A DNA stretch of 64,000 nt from Thermoclostridium sp. (GTDB taxonomy: Bacteria; Bacillota; Clostridia; DSM-8532), in assembly GCA_017995215.1 (NCBI GenBank), contig JAGOJH010000001.1, forward strand, positions 143-64,142, read 5' to 3'. A model generated the notes under the pieces. That model made no database searches. It was given only the letters and a program-made list of their open reading frames with translations, and was not told the origin of the DNA. Positions 35,331-44,207 of this stretch are shown piece by piece. Position 1 is the stretch's first letter. Each line of letters starts with the position of its first letter. The position numbers and the translations under genes are program-made.

Positions 35331-38300
35331 ATGAAGCAAATAAATCGCCAGATTCGATTAACAATTTTAGTTTTCCTTGTGATCATATCTCTTTTTATTT
35401 TTCTGGGCATATACAAACCCCTTTCAACACAGCTTGAACGCGTGACAGTGGAGAATTATCGGCAGATCACACATAACAAGCATCAGGTGTTTGAAACGTT
35501 TTTGATGAGTGTGCGGTATAATGCAGCTTCTCTTTCAAGCCGGACGGTCATCCGGGATATGTTGGCCGACTATTTGGACGGAAAAGTAACCTTTGACGAA
35601 TTAGAGCAGTTTACCATTCCGCGGTATAATGACGGTGTTGCGGTGTTTGACCAGCTAAGATCTGCCGCAAGGGTTGCGCAAGGCGGCCTTGTGATACATT
35701 CCATCGGACCTGATGCAAATATTGCAGATCTCATTGCATGGGATGAAACAGAACTTACCATCAAGTATATTTCTGATGAAAGGCTTATTATTGTACAATC
35801 CCCGGTAAAAAAAGGTGACAGGCTCCTGGCCTGGGATGTGATTATTACGGATGCCAATTCAGCTATTTCCGATATTGAAGCCGGAGGATACCGAATGGAC
35901 ATCCTTCAGGATAAGCGAGCACATGAAGTAACCAGAGGTAACGGAGAAATCATATCTTACATGGGATGTGAAGCATTTGATGGAACGATGGTCATCAGCG
36001 CACATGAATCTGATATCTTTGGCACTGTTCAAAAATTAACGGCAAACATCAATATCCGATACTTTCTGGTGCTAGTTGTCATGTTTTTGATCATTCAGTT
36101 TTTCATTGTGCGTTACATAAGAGGGTTTATTAAAACACAACAGGAACTGAAAGCTGCTGCCGAATTAAGGGAAAAAGAGAGGAACCTCTTAACAGTAGAG
36201 ATGAACAAGGGCTTTTTACTGCTAAAGGTTCACGATAACAGTACAGCCGCGCCCGAGCTTTATGAAATTGTGGAGGCAAATCGCACTTTTGAATCGATGA
36301 TCCATCAGCAGGTTCAACGGCTTATTGGAAAAAATCTCTCGCGGATTGAAACCCTGAAACAAATACAGCTTGAGCAAATTATCAATGAAATAGCACACAA
36401 CGGTTCTGATGAGCCCACAGCGTTTTATATCAAGGAACTGAACTGCTGGTGGCAGCTGTCGGCTTATTCTCCGCGGGAGGGATATCTGGCTGTAATATGC
36501 GAAGATATTACCGAGAAAATAAACACCGAAGCAAAGCTAAAAGACAGCGAAGAGCTGATGAGAATGACCCTTGATGTAACCGGAGAAGGTGTATGGGACT
36601 GGCGTCTTGAAGAGGATATCATTTACCACAACAGAAGATGGTGTGAGCTTTTAGGGTTGGATGAAAGCTATATTAAGGGCAGACTGGAGGAGTTCGCATT
36701 TCACCTCCACCCGGAGGACCGTGAAAAGGTGATTGCGTTGATCAACGAAGCAGTAGAGACCGAGGGAGAATATTTTAGTGAGCATCGGATGGTTCGCAAG
36801 GATAGCAGCGTGATCTGGGTTGAAGATCGGGGTGCTGTTGTGAAAAGAACAGAAGGAAAAGCACAGCGTATGATAGGAAGCATGTCGGACATCACTCAGC
36901 GAAAAAAAGCGCAGCTGGATTTGTTTTTGGAAAAGGAGCTTTTCCAATCCACGCTGTTATCCGTAGGCGATGGGATCATTTCGACAGATGTAAATGGACG
37001 GATTAGGGTTCTTAATCCGGCAGCGGAATTATTGACAGGATGGAATCAAGAGGAAGCTATCAGCAGAGATGTCGGGGAAGTCCTTAAGATGGTGGACAAT
37101 AAAACTGGAGAATCCATCTATTGGAAAAATGAGGACCTTTATGAAAACCAGATGCAAAATGAGACGGATACCGGAGTACAACTCATTTCGCTTTCCGGGG
37201 AGAAACTGATGATACTCTACCGTATAGCCCCCATCCACCTTCCAGGGGGTGAAATTACAGGGTATGTAATTGTTTTCCGCGACGTTACCGAGCTGCTTGA
37301 AAAACAACAAAAGATTGAATACCTGAGCTTCCATGATGAGCTGACGGGGCTGTATAACCGTCGCTACATGGAAGATTCAATGCTTCGGCTGAATACTGCC
37401 CGTAACCTGCCCTATACCATTGTGATGCTTGATTTGAATAACTTGAAGTTAATGAATGATATTTTTGGTCACGAGATGGGGGATCGCTTACTGAAGAGTG
37501 CTGCGGATTTCTTAAGGAGTACCTTCAGGGCTGACGATATCATTTGCCGTATTGGCGGAGATGAATTCTGCATCCTCATGCCCAAAACAACCATGGAGGC
37601 GGCAGAAACAATTAAACAAAGGATTCTGAACGAATCACCCCGTTGGTTGGTGGGGCCGTTATGGTTAAGTATTGCTGTGGGTTATGCGATAAAAACAGAA
37701 AATACCCAAAAAATTGAGGATGTTTTTCATGAGGCAGATCTGAATATGTATCAAAACAAGCAGGAGTGCAGATCGCAGGTAAAGAGCAGAACCATCGACA
37801 GTTTTCTGCAGGAAAACTACACGAAGCTTAGTATAGAGAAAGAGCATGACTACCAGGTGAGCATTCTTGCATCGGCATTGTATGAAAAGCTTGGAAAAAC
37901 CCAAACGGAGGTTAGTGATTTCCGAAAAGCCGTCCAGGTTCATGATATTGGCAAGATCACCATACCCGATGAAGTCATTAATAAGATGGAACAACTGACT
38001 GCGGAGGACTGGGAAAGGATAAAGCGCCACTCACTGGCAGGCTACCAGGTTATTAAAGTTCTGAAGGAACACGAAGCATATGCGGATGCAATTCTCTACC
38101 ATCATGAACGAGTGGACGGAAAAGGCTACCCTGAAGGGCTTGTGGGTGACGCGATTCCACTGGAATCAAGAGTAATTGCAATAGCGGATGCTTATGAGGC
38201 CATGACAGCCGGTCGCATTTATAGAAAAGCCATGAGCAGGGAAGAGGCTGTTACTGAATTGCGCAACAACGCAGGTACGCAGTTTGACGCATCCATGGTT

Positions 38301-38339
38301 GACATTTTCATCGATAAAGTATTGCCTGGGGTTTCATAA
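35331..38339 (+). CDS. Multidomain c-di-GMP signalling protein: periplasmic/TM sensor, PAS domains, GGDEF and HD-GYP
   Basis: 1002 aa with an N-terminal TM and a second TM around residue 240. PAS-like segments include ..WDWRLEEDIIYHNRRW... The GGDEF domain has ..RIGGDEFCIL... The C-terminal HD-GYP domain has ..HDIGKITIPD.. ...HHERVDGKGYPEGL. Confidence 0.85.
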   Translation: MKQINRQIRLTILVFLVIISLFIFLGIYKPLSTQLERVTVENYRQITHNKHQVFETFLMSVRYNAASLSSRTVIRDMLADYLDGKVTFDELEQFTIPRYNDGVAVFDQLRSAARVAQGGLVIHSIGPDANIADLIAWDETELTIKYISDERLIIVQSPVKKGDRLLAWDVIITDANSAISDIEAGGYRMDILQDKRAHEVTRGNGEIISYMGCEAFDGTMVISAHESDIFGTVQKLTANINIRYFLVLVVMFLIIQFFIVRYIRGFIKTQQELKAAAELREKERNLLTVEMNKGFLLLKVHDNSTAAPELYEIVEANRTFESMIHQQVQRLIGKNLSRIETLKQIQLEQIINEIAHNGSDEPTAFYIKELNCWWQLSAYSPREGYLAVICEDITEKINTEAKLKDSEELMRMTLDVTGEGVWDWRLEEDIIYHNRRWCELLGLDESYIKGRLEEFAFHLHPEDREKVIALINEAVETEGEYFSEHRMVRKDSSVIWVEDRGAVVKRTEGKAQRMIGSMSDITQRKKAQLDLFLEKELFQSTLLSVGDGIISTDVNGRIRVLNPAAELLTGWNQEEAISRDVGEVLKMVDNKTGESIYWKNEDLYENQMQNETDTGVQLISLSGEKLMILYRIAPIHLPGGEITGYVIVFRDVTELLEKQQKIEYLSFHDELTGLYNRRYMEDSMLRLNTARNLPYTIVMLDLNNLKLMNDIFGHEMGDRLLKSAADFLRSTFRADDIICRIGGDEFCILMPKTTMEAAETIKQRILNESPRWLVGPLWLSIAVGYAIKTENTQKIEDVFHEADLNMYQNKQECRSQVKSRTIDSFLQENYTKLSIEKEHDYQVSILASALYEKLGKTQTEVSDFRKAVQVHDIGKITIPDEVINKMEQLTAEDWERIKRHSLAGYQVIKVLKEHEAYADAILYHHERVDGKGYPEGLVGDAIPLESRVIAIADAYEAMTAGRIYRKAMSREEAVTELRNNAGTQFDASMVDIFIDKVLPGVS

Positions 38340-38473
38340 TGAGGGGTAACGAGGGACAAGGAACCTGTCCCCTCCGTCCAGTTACCATAAAGTTGTCACC
38401 AAAATTCGTCAAAACCATATGCTGGTATTACAACAAGCCAGTACAAAGCTTTAGACGAACGGAGGTGCTTGAT

Positions 38474-38599
38474 ATGCCTGATGGATTTTACAGTCCGTAC
38501 GATTACGGACGAAGATTTCGCCCAAGGTTTAGACGTAGATTTATAAGACCACCGATTATACCGTTTTTCTTTTTCTTCAGACGTAGATTTTTCTACTAA
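38474..38599 (+). CDS. Small Arg/Phe/Pro-rich protein of unknown function (41 aa)
   Basis: MPDGFYSPYDYGRRFRPRFRRRFIRPPIIPFFFFFRRRFFY*. A strong RBS (ACGGAGGTG) sits 6-7 nt upstream of the ATG. It lies inside the longer, unsupported ORF-track frame 38339-38599. Confidence 0.4.
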   Translation: MPDGFYSPYDYGRRFRPRFRRRFIRPPIIPFFFFFRRRFFY

Positions 38600-38798
38600 A
38601 TAGTGACAAAGCCAGAGGGGACAGAGGCAGTTGCAGGAATTGCATTGTATCTGGTGATTAAGTTTACAGTTTTATGTATAGTGGGCGTACCGGTATGTTT
38701 TGTGATATCCCATTACGTGTTAAGAAGAATTCCTTTACTTAACAAGTTACTATAACGCCCACCCTCTGGCTTCTTCTGCCCCGCCCGTTGTCCCAGTC

Positions 38799-40259
38799 TT
38801 ACTGTCGATAGACAGTAACCTCGGGGTATATGGATGAAGGTACATCGAGCAGCGTGGAAGCCTTTCCTTTCAAATGTTTATCAAAGAAGTCCAGAATATA
38901 ATGGTTCATGATATTAACCTGACGCTGCGCACGAATGCTTCCTAAGAACCCGGAAAGCTTACCCACCGCGGGAATCAACGAATTCAAATCGGAGAAATTC
39001 ATATGCTCTGCACCGTTAATCTGCACCACGGTGAAATTTTTTTCAGTATCACAATAACCCGTTTGTATTAAAGTCTTTCCCTCACCGCCCTGGGTCAGGA
39101 TCATGAACGGCTGGGTAATTTCCCTGTCCGGTGCATCCCCAAAGGGTGAGCCATCCATGTTGATAAAAGCCTTTATACGCTCATCCTCCAGACAAAGCTG
39201 CCCTGATGCGGCCCCACCGAACGAGTGGCCAAAAGCCCCCATGTTCAATACATCCAGTTTTCCAACGAAGATGCTTTTTTCTCTGCCATCGTTCATTTCA
39301 ATGATCTTATCTGCGATAAAGTGCATATCTTCACTCCAGCCTCTCAGGCTGTCATTGTTTATAACTGCGTTCCTGAGAATCGCTTTATGGAAGTCACCGC
39401 TTTTAGTATCTGTAACGGTTTGTTTGGCTACCTCAACGGCCTTTGCTGTATCTTCAGAAAGCGCCTGCCTCTGTTGTTCACTATAGGGCACGATGCTTCC
39501 GTCAGGATATATGCAGGCAAAGTCCTCATAGGGATGTCCCACCGCAAAAACAATATAGCCCCGACTTGCCAGCTCCTCCATCTGAATAACATTTTGTCCG
39601 TTGAACATGGCTCCGCCACCGGAAAAGAGGACGACCGGGTATTTATCTTCCGCATCAGAAACGTCCACATCCAAGTTACTGTGTGTATTTACAAGTGAGA
39701 AATAACCGAGCAGATCCGGCAGGTTGCGATACTTTGTGAAAAGGCCCATAGCCTCTTCGCTGCTAATCCAGCGGGCAACTTGTTTCCCTCCGGTGTTGGA
39801 GGAAGCAGGATACCAAACCTGGACAGGTATGTTCCGATTATCTGCAGCTTGTGTAAATAGCTCTTCCCTCGACAAGTCAATAAAGGACATGAGCGTGGTC
39901 CCCACCGGATAGGAGCCTCTTGGAGCGGGCAGTTGAACCACTGGGAAAAGTAACAGTATGAGGAGCGAGGGGATTGTAAAAAGTATTAAGAGAAACACGC
40001 CGAACCGCTTCATGGTTTTCTTGGCCTTGATGCCAGGCGCGTATTCTTTGACAAGGGTTGCGACAAGCAATACGATAGTCAGAAAAAAGGCCGGTACCAG
40101 CTGAAGGCGGTATCCTTCAAACAAAATGCTGAGAAAACCGGCCAAAACAACAAAACCCACAACATATAAGCCTGCATTGCGCTTTTTTAACAAACCCAGG
40201 CTAAAACCAATGACAGAAAACAACAATAGAACAAGAAACAGGGTTTCAAACACTCTCAT
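38799..40259 (-). CDS. Membrane-anchored alpha/beta hydrolase (PAF-acetylhydrolase/lipase-like)
   Basis: Four N-terminal TM helices are followed by a hydrolase domain with ..GAFGHSFGGAAS.. (GxSxG nucleophile elbow). Confidence 0.7.
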   Translation of the reverse strand: MRVFETLFLVLLLFSVIGFSLGLLKKRNAGLYVVGFVVLAGFLSILFEGYRLQLVPAFFLTIVLLVATLVKEYAPGIKAKKTMKRFGVFLLILFTIPSLLILLLFPVVQLPAPRGSYPVGTTLMSFIDLSREELFTQAADNRNIPVQVWYPASSNTGGKQVARWISSEEAMGLFTKYRNLPDLLGYFSLVNTHSNLDVDVSDAEDKYPVVLFSGGGAMFNGQNVIQMEELASRGYIVFAVGHPYEDFACIYPDGSIVPYSEQQRQALSEDTAKAVEVAKQTVTDTKSGDFHKAILRNAVINNDSLRGWSEDMHFIADKIIEMNDGREKSIFVGKLDVLNMGAFGHSFGGAASGQLCLEDERIKAFINMDGSPFGDAPDREITQPFMILTQGGEGKTLIQTGYCDTEKNFTVVQINGAEHMNFSDLNSLIPAVGKLSGFLGSIRAQRQVNIMNHYILDFFDKHLKGKASTLLDVPSSIYPEVTVYRQ

Positions 40260-40397
40260 TATGAATCATCCTTTCTTTTCTCCAAATTAACAGGCTGGTC
40301 TTATACGAACCTGTATTTAACCTTAAGAGAACATTAAAATGATTGCAGTACTGCGCTAAGAAGGGTTTCGACAGGTACAATTGAATTGATGCAAAGC

Positions 40398-40482
40398 AGG
40401 AAAGTACCGCACCACCCGGGTTTCACCAGGTCAAATTGGATGGTTGTTAAAAAGGAAAGCACCACACCACGCGGGTCTCACT
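40398..40482 (+). repeat. Two copies of a 30-nt direct repeat (AGGAAAGyACCrCACCACsCGGGTyTCACy), 55 nt apart, upstream of the OmpR/HK promoter
   Basis: Copy 1 is 40398-40427 and copy 2 is 40453-40482, with about 25/30 identity. The promoter with extended -10 (TGTCAA-18-TGGTATAAT) lies at 40542-40571. Confidence 0.6.
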
Positions 40483-40595
40483 CCGTACACACTGACTATA
40501 TACGTTCCCCCGACGCTTCCATCACAGGTGAGAATCGGTTATGTCAATCAACTATGCCGATATGGTATAATGAACAAAAACGAAGGTGGTTCTGG

Positions 40596-41297
40596 ATGAA
40601 TCAGGTAAAGGACAAGAAAATTCTATTGGTAGAAGATGAACCGGAGCTTCTTAAAATGTTGGAAACCATTTTGAAAAAGGATGGCTTTCATCAGATTTTC
40701 GGCGCTTCAACCGCCCGGGAAGCGTTGTCGCTGGCCGCGAAATGCAGACCGGATGCAGCAGTTCTGGATGTGATGCTTCCCGATGGCGACGGGTTTTCGC
40801 TGCTGGGAGAAATAAAAAAAATGCGGGACATCCCGGTTCTGTTTCTTACCGCAAGGGGAGAGGCGGAGGATAAGATTCTGGGCCTTGGTCTGGGCGCCGA
40901 TGATTATATCGTAAAGCCCTTCCATCCAAGAGAATTTACCCTGCGCCTGGCTGCTGTGTTAAAACGTACCTATGTCAATACGATTCAGAATGAAATACCC
41001 GTCATGTATCTTCCCGGATGCGTGATCGATCTGGCCAAAGCCGAGGTAACCAAGGGCGAGGAAACGTTCCCGCTTACCGCGAAGGAGCACGCAATCCTGA
41101 CTGTTCTGTGCCGCAACGCCAACAGAGTTGTTACCACGGACACACTTTGCCAATCTGCCTGGGCGGATGATTCCTACGGATATGAGAACACACTGATGGT
41201 GCATATTCGCCATATCCGCGAAAAAATAGAGAACAACCCATCTGAGCCGGCCGCACTGCTTACAGTGAAAGGGCTTGGCTACAAGCTGGTTGTATGA
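40596..41297 (+). CDS. OmpR-family response regulator
   Basis: MNQVKDKKILLVEDEPELLKML... is the receiver domain (..DVMLPDGDG..), followed by a winged-helix domain (..LTAKEHAILTVL..). The start was set to the ATG at 40596 (AAGGTGG RBS). The ORF-track start at 40386 spans the promoter region. Confidence 0.85.
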   Translation: MNQVKDKKILLVEDEPELLKMLETILKKDGFHQIFGASTAREALSLAAKCRPDAAVLDVMLPDGDGFSLLGEIKKMRDIPVLFLTARGEAEDKILGLGLGADDYIVKPFHPREFTLRLAAVLKRTYVNTIQNEIPVMYLPGCVIDLAKAEVTKGEETFPLTAKEHAILTVLCRNANRVVTTDTLCQSAWADDSYGYENTLMVHIRHIREKIENNPSEPAALLTVKGLGYKLVV

Positions 41298-41310
41298 CAG
41301 GGAGCCTTGT

Positions 41311-42690
41311 ATGAAAAACAAATCAATCCGGATTACCTTCAGATATGCTTTGGTTATCATCGCTGTTGCTGTCCTTGTGCTGATACTGAACTATTCTCTG
41401 TTTCTTCTGCTTATAAAGGATAATTCCTTGTTCCAGGAGCCCACAAAAACAGTTAAACTGATAGCTCAGGAGTTCAACGAATCAGAAACAGGGCTAACAC
41501 CGCAAACCATTCAAATGATTCAACAGAATCATTTGTGGGTCCAGTTGATTGATCTGCAGGGAGACGTCATTTCTTCCTGCAATGCACCTGAAGACCTTGT
41601 GGAAAAATATACCCTGAAAGATATTGCAGTTTTGTCTAAAAGCTATTTAAACGGGTATCCGGTGTACCTGTGGGAAAGCGGAGAAAACTTTGTGATGCTG
41701 GGTTACCCCAGAAACTCAATGGTGAAATATAACTGGTCTTTCCCTAACCGTTCCACGGGCTCATTTCCAACGACACTGCTGCTCATTGCAAGCGTGAACC
41801 TGGCAGTGATCATCATATTGTCGATCTTCTTTAGCAGACGAATCACAAAACCCATCTCCAATATCGCAGAAGGAATTACCTTGCTAAAAGAGGAAAAGGA
41901 TGTGGAACTGCATGAAGGAGATGTGTTTGAAGACCTGGCAAACAGTATAAACCATACCTCCAGACTGATTCGAGAAAAGAACGAGAAAATCAAGCTTAAG
42001 GATACGGCAGTATCCAATTGGTTAACGGGAATATCCCATGATATTCGAACGCCCTTGTCCATGGTTCTCGGCTATGCCGGACTGATGGAAGAGGACAAAG
42101 CTTTACCGGACGAAACCAGAGCCCAGGCAAAAATTATCACTGAGAATACGGTAAGAATTAAAAACCTGATTGAAAACCTAAATCTGGCCCATAGCCTGCA
42201 GCATCAGTTGATGCCGATTAACCTTAAACCTGTAAAGCTTGCGAACATTGCCCGAAAAGCATTGACAGAATGTGTGAATACCGGCATCCTGCAAAACCAT
42301 TCTTACGAAATCTGTATCGAAGATGAACAGGTATCAGCTTTATTGGATGAAACCCTGTTCCTGAGGGCTTTGACCAATCTCATAACAAACAGTGTCAAAC
42401 ATAACCGGGAAGGGTGTGGTTTTACCATTGCGGTTCCGCCTGCAAAAGATGGGCAAGCCTGTGTGGTGATTTCCGATACCGGCGCAGGAATACCTGCAGA
42501 TATCATTGAAAGGCTGAACCAGCAGGATTATTTAAATGCCTGGGCAAAGCAAACCCATGGCCTGGGACTGATCATTGCAAAGAGCATTATTGAGATTCAT
42601 CACGGGCAACTAACCCTTGAAAGTGAAAGCGGTAAGGGTACTGTGATAACAATTAGGCTTTTTACTTTTCGTTCAATAGTGATGAACTAA
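41311..42690 (+). CDS. Sensor histidine kinase (two TM, HAMP-like, HisKA and HATPase_c)
   Basis: The H-box is ..WLTGISHDIRTPLS... The ATP-binding region has the N-box (NLITNSVKHN) and G-boxes (..DTGAGIP.., ..GLGLIIAKSII..). The start is the ATG at 41311 (AGGGAG RBS), 14 nt after the response-regulator stop. Confidence 0.85.
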   Translation: MKNKSIRITFRYALVIIAVAVLVLILNYSLFLLLIKDNSLFQEPTKTVKLIAQEFNESETGLTPQTIQMIQQNHLWVQLIDLQGDVISSCNAPEDLVEKYTLKDIAVLSKSYLNGYPVYLWESGENFVMLGYPRNSMVKYNWSFPNRSTGSFPTTLLLIASVNLAVIIILSIFFSRRITKPISNIAEGITLLKEEKDVELHEGDVFEDLANSINHTSRLIREKNEKIKLKDTAVSNWLTGISHDIRTPLSMVLGYAGLMEEDKALPDETRAQAKIITENTVRIKNLIENLNLAHSLQHQLMPINLKPVKLANIARKALTECVNTGILQNHSYEICIEDEQVSALLDETLFLRALTNLITNSVKHNREGCGFTIAVPPAKDGQACVVISDTGAGIPADIIERLNQQDYLNAWAKQTHGLGLIIAKSIIEIHHGQLTLESESGKGTVITIRLFTFRSIVMN

Positions 42691-42789
42691 CCAGCACTTG
42701 TGGAGGGGGCAAAAGAATAGCTTGTTTTCATCGAGTTAAGGCAGGATAAAGCAGTGGATAGATTCTTCAAAAAGAATACCCATACGAAA

Positions 42790-42924
42790 ATGCGAATTTC
42801 AGAACAATATTTTGAATGCCAAAATTGCGGTCATCAAAGAGTACTGGAGAATCAAACAAGTTGTACAGTTTGCGGGATTACTTTTAAGGAAAAGCAAAAA
42901 GCCCCTTTTAACATGTTTTTCTGA
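42790..42924 (+). CDS. Putative 44-aa zinc-ribbon protein (CxxC-17-CxxC). An alternative GTG start is at 42754.
   Basis: MRISEQYFECQNCGHQRVLENQTSCTVCGITFKEKQKAPFNMFF*. The RBS is weak and the ORF is short. Confidence 0.3.
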   Translation: MRISEQYFECQNCGHQRVLENQTSCTVCGITFKEKQKAPFNMFF

Positions 42925-42963
42925 GCTGTACTCTTTATAGATATATCTATAACAAATATATCT

Positions 42964-43992
42964 TTATTCATTTAGAAATGCCCTTATCATTTCATAAGAC
43001 GTGTTGCATAGCAGTTCTTCATGCTTTACTTCCGTTAGGGGAGCAACCTTAACATTTTGAATCTTATCAGCAAACCTCATAGTTCCTTCTGGTAAAATGG
43101 TTGTATCCTCCAACGAGTAGATGATCAGCACGGGTTCTTCAATGGAATCGGCATAATCAATCAGATCCAGATTAAAACCGCACAAAGCTCCGTAAAACAC
43201 CCGCTCAAAAGCTAATTTGAACTTATTCGGTTTACCTTCTCTCTCAGCACGCGCCTCGCTAGCGTTGCACCGGTTGTTCCAATATTTATCATACGGGGCT
43301 AACAGAGCAAGAGAGGCTAATTCTCTTTGAGATGCAAGATAAGATGCCGGTCCTGTTCCAATACTATATCCGATGACTGTGATATTGGACTTATCGACAA
43401 AATCCCATTGAATTGCCGTATCATATGTAATAAGCGCTAATTCCTTCATAGATGCTTCACAGACAAAACCATCACTGAAGCCATAGCTTGGATAATCCGT
43501 ACACATGAAATGGCTGCCAGGAAAGTATTCTGAAAGAATTCCTTCTTCCCAGAATCTCCATACGGTTTCTGAAGCACATTCGCCCGCTCCGTTAAAGAAA
43601 ATGACGAGCGGTGCTTTTTCATCCGAATGCTTGTATAACCACCCGCTTGCGTTCCCGTTCATGGAAGGTATCGATAACTGTTCAAAGATTTCATTTTCTG
43701 AAACGAACCTCTCGCTGGCCAGATCTCTGACCATTCCAATAGGGGTGCTTGTAATGTAAAAAACAAGCGAACAATAAATCACAAACATTGTAACCAGAAA
43801 AAGAGCAGCCATTTTCACAAGCATTCCTTTTTCCTTATTGAATCTGCGTTGCACAAAAAAGAAAATAAAAAAAATCAGAGGCAAACAAAAGTAAATGAAA
43901 CGGTATCTTCTTTGGTATTCCACAATGCAGCCAACTAGAGAGGCTGCAGATAAAATCAGTAAAATCCAATCTCCAGTTTTGAACTTTTTCAT
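42964..43992 (-). CDS. Membrane-anchored alpha/beta hydrolase
   Basis: Two or three N-terminal TM helices are followed by a hydrolase domain with ..VIGYSIGTGPASY.. (GxSxG) and ..HEELL... Confidence 0.7.
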   Translation of the reverse strand: MKKFKTGDWILLILSAASLVGCIVEYQRRYRFIYFCLPLIFFIFFFVQRRFNKEKGMLVKMAALFLVTMFVIYCSLVFYITSTPIGMVRDLASERFVSENEIFEQLSIPSMNGNASGWLYKHSDEKAPLVIFFNGAGECASETVWRFWEEGILSEYFPGSHFMCTDYPSYGFSDGFVCEASMKELALITYDTAIQWDFVDKSNITVIGYSIGTGPASYLASQRELASLALLAPYDKYWNNRCNASEARAEREGKPNKFKLAFERVFYGALCGFNLDLIDYADSIEEPVLIIYSLEDTTILPEGTMRFADKIQNVKVAPLTEVKHEELLCNTSYEMIRAFLNE

Positions 43993-44207
43993 GTAGTTTC
44001 TCCTCTTAGCTAAGCTTCTTTAACTCGTTTGTTACTGCTCCAGGCAAGAAGGCGCAGTATGCCATCCTGAACGCAATAAAGGCTCTCACATTACTCATGA
44101 CAAGATCCTTCGCTGTGATCAAGATGACATTGCTGCTTTAAGGATAAACACACACCTCTGTAACTAAAGAACTTACTAAAAGTGTGGGGGGAACAGTAAC
44201 ATAAGAC

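Noticed and set aside
40386-40595. ORF-track 5' extension of the response regulator (MMQSRKVPHHPGFTRSNW...)
   Set aside because: It covers the direct repeats and the promoter. The real start at 40596 has a strong RBS and the canonical receiver-domain N-terminus.
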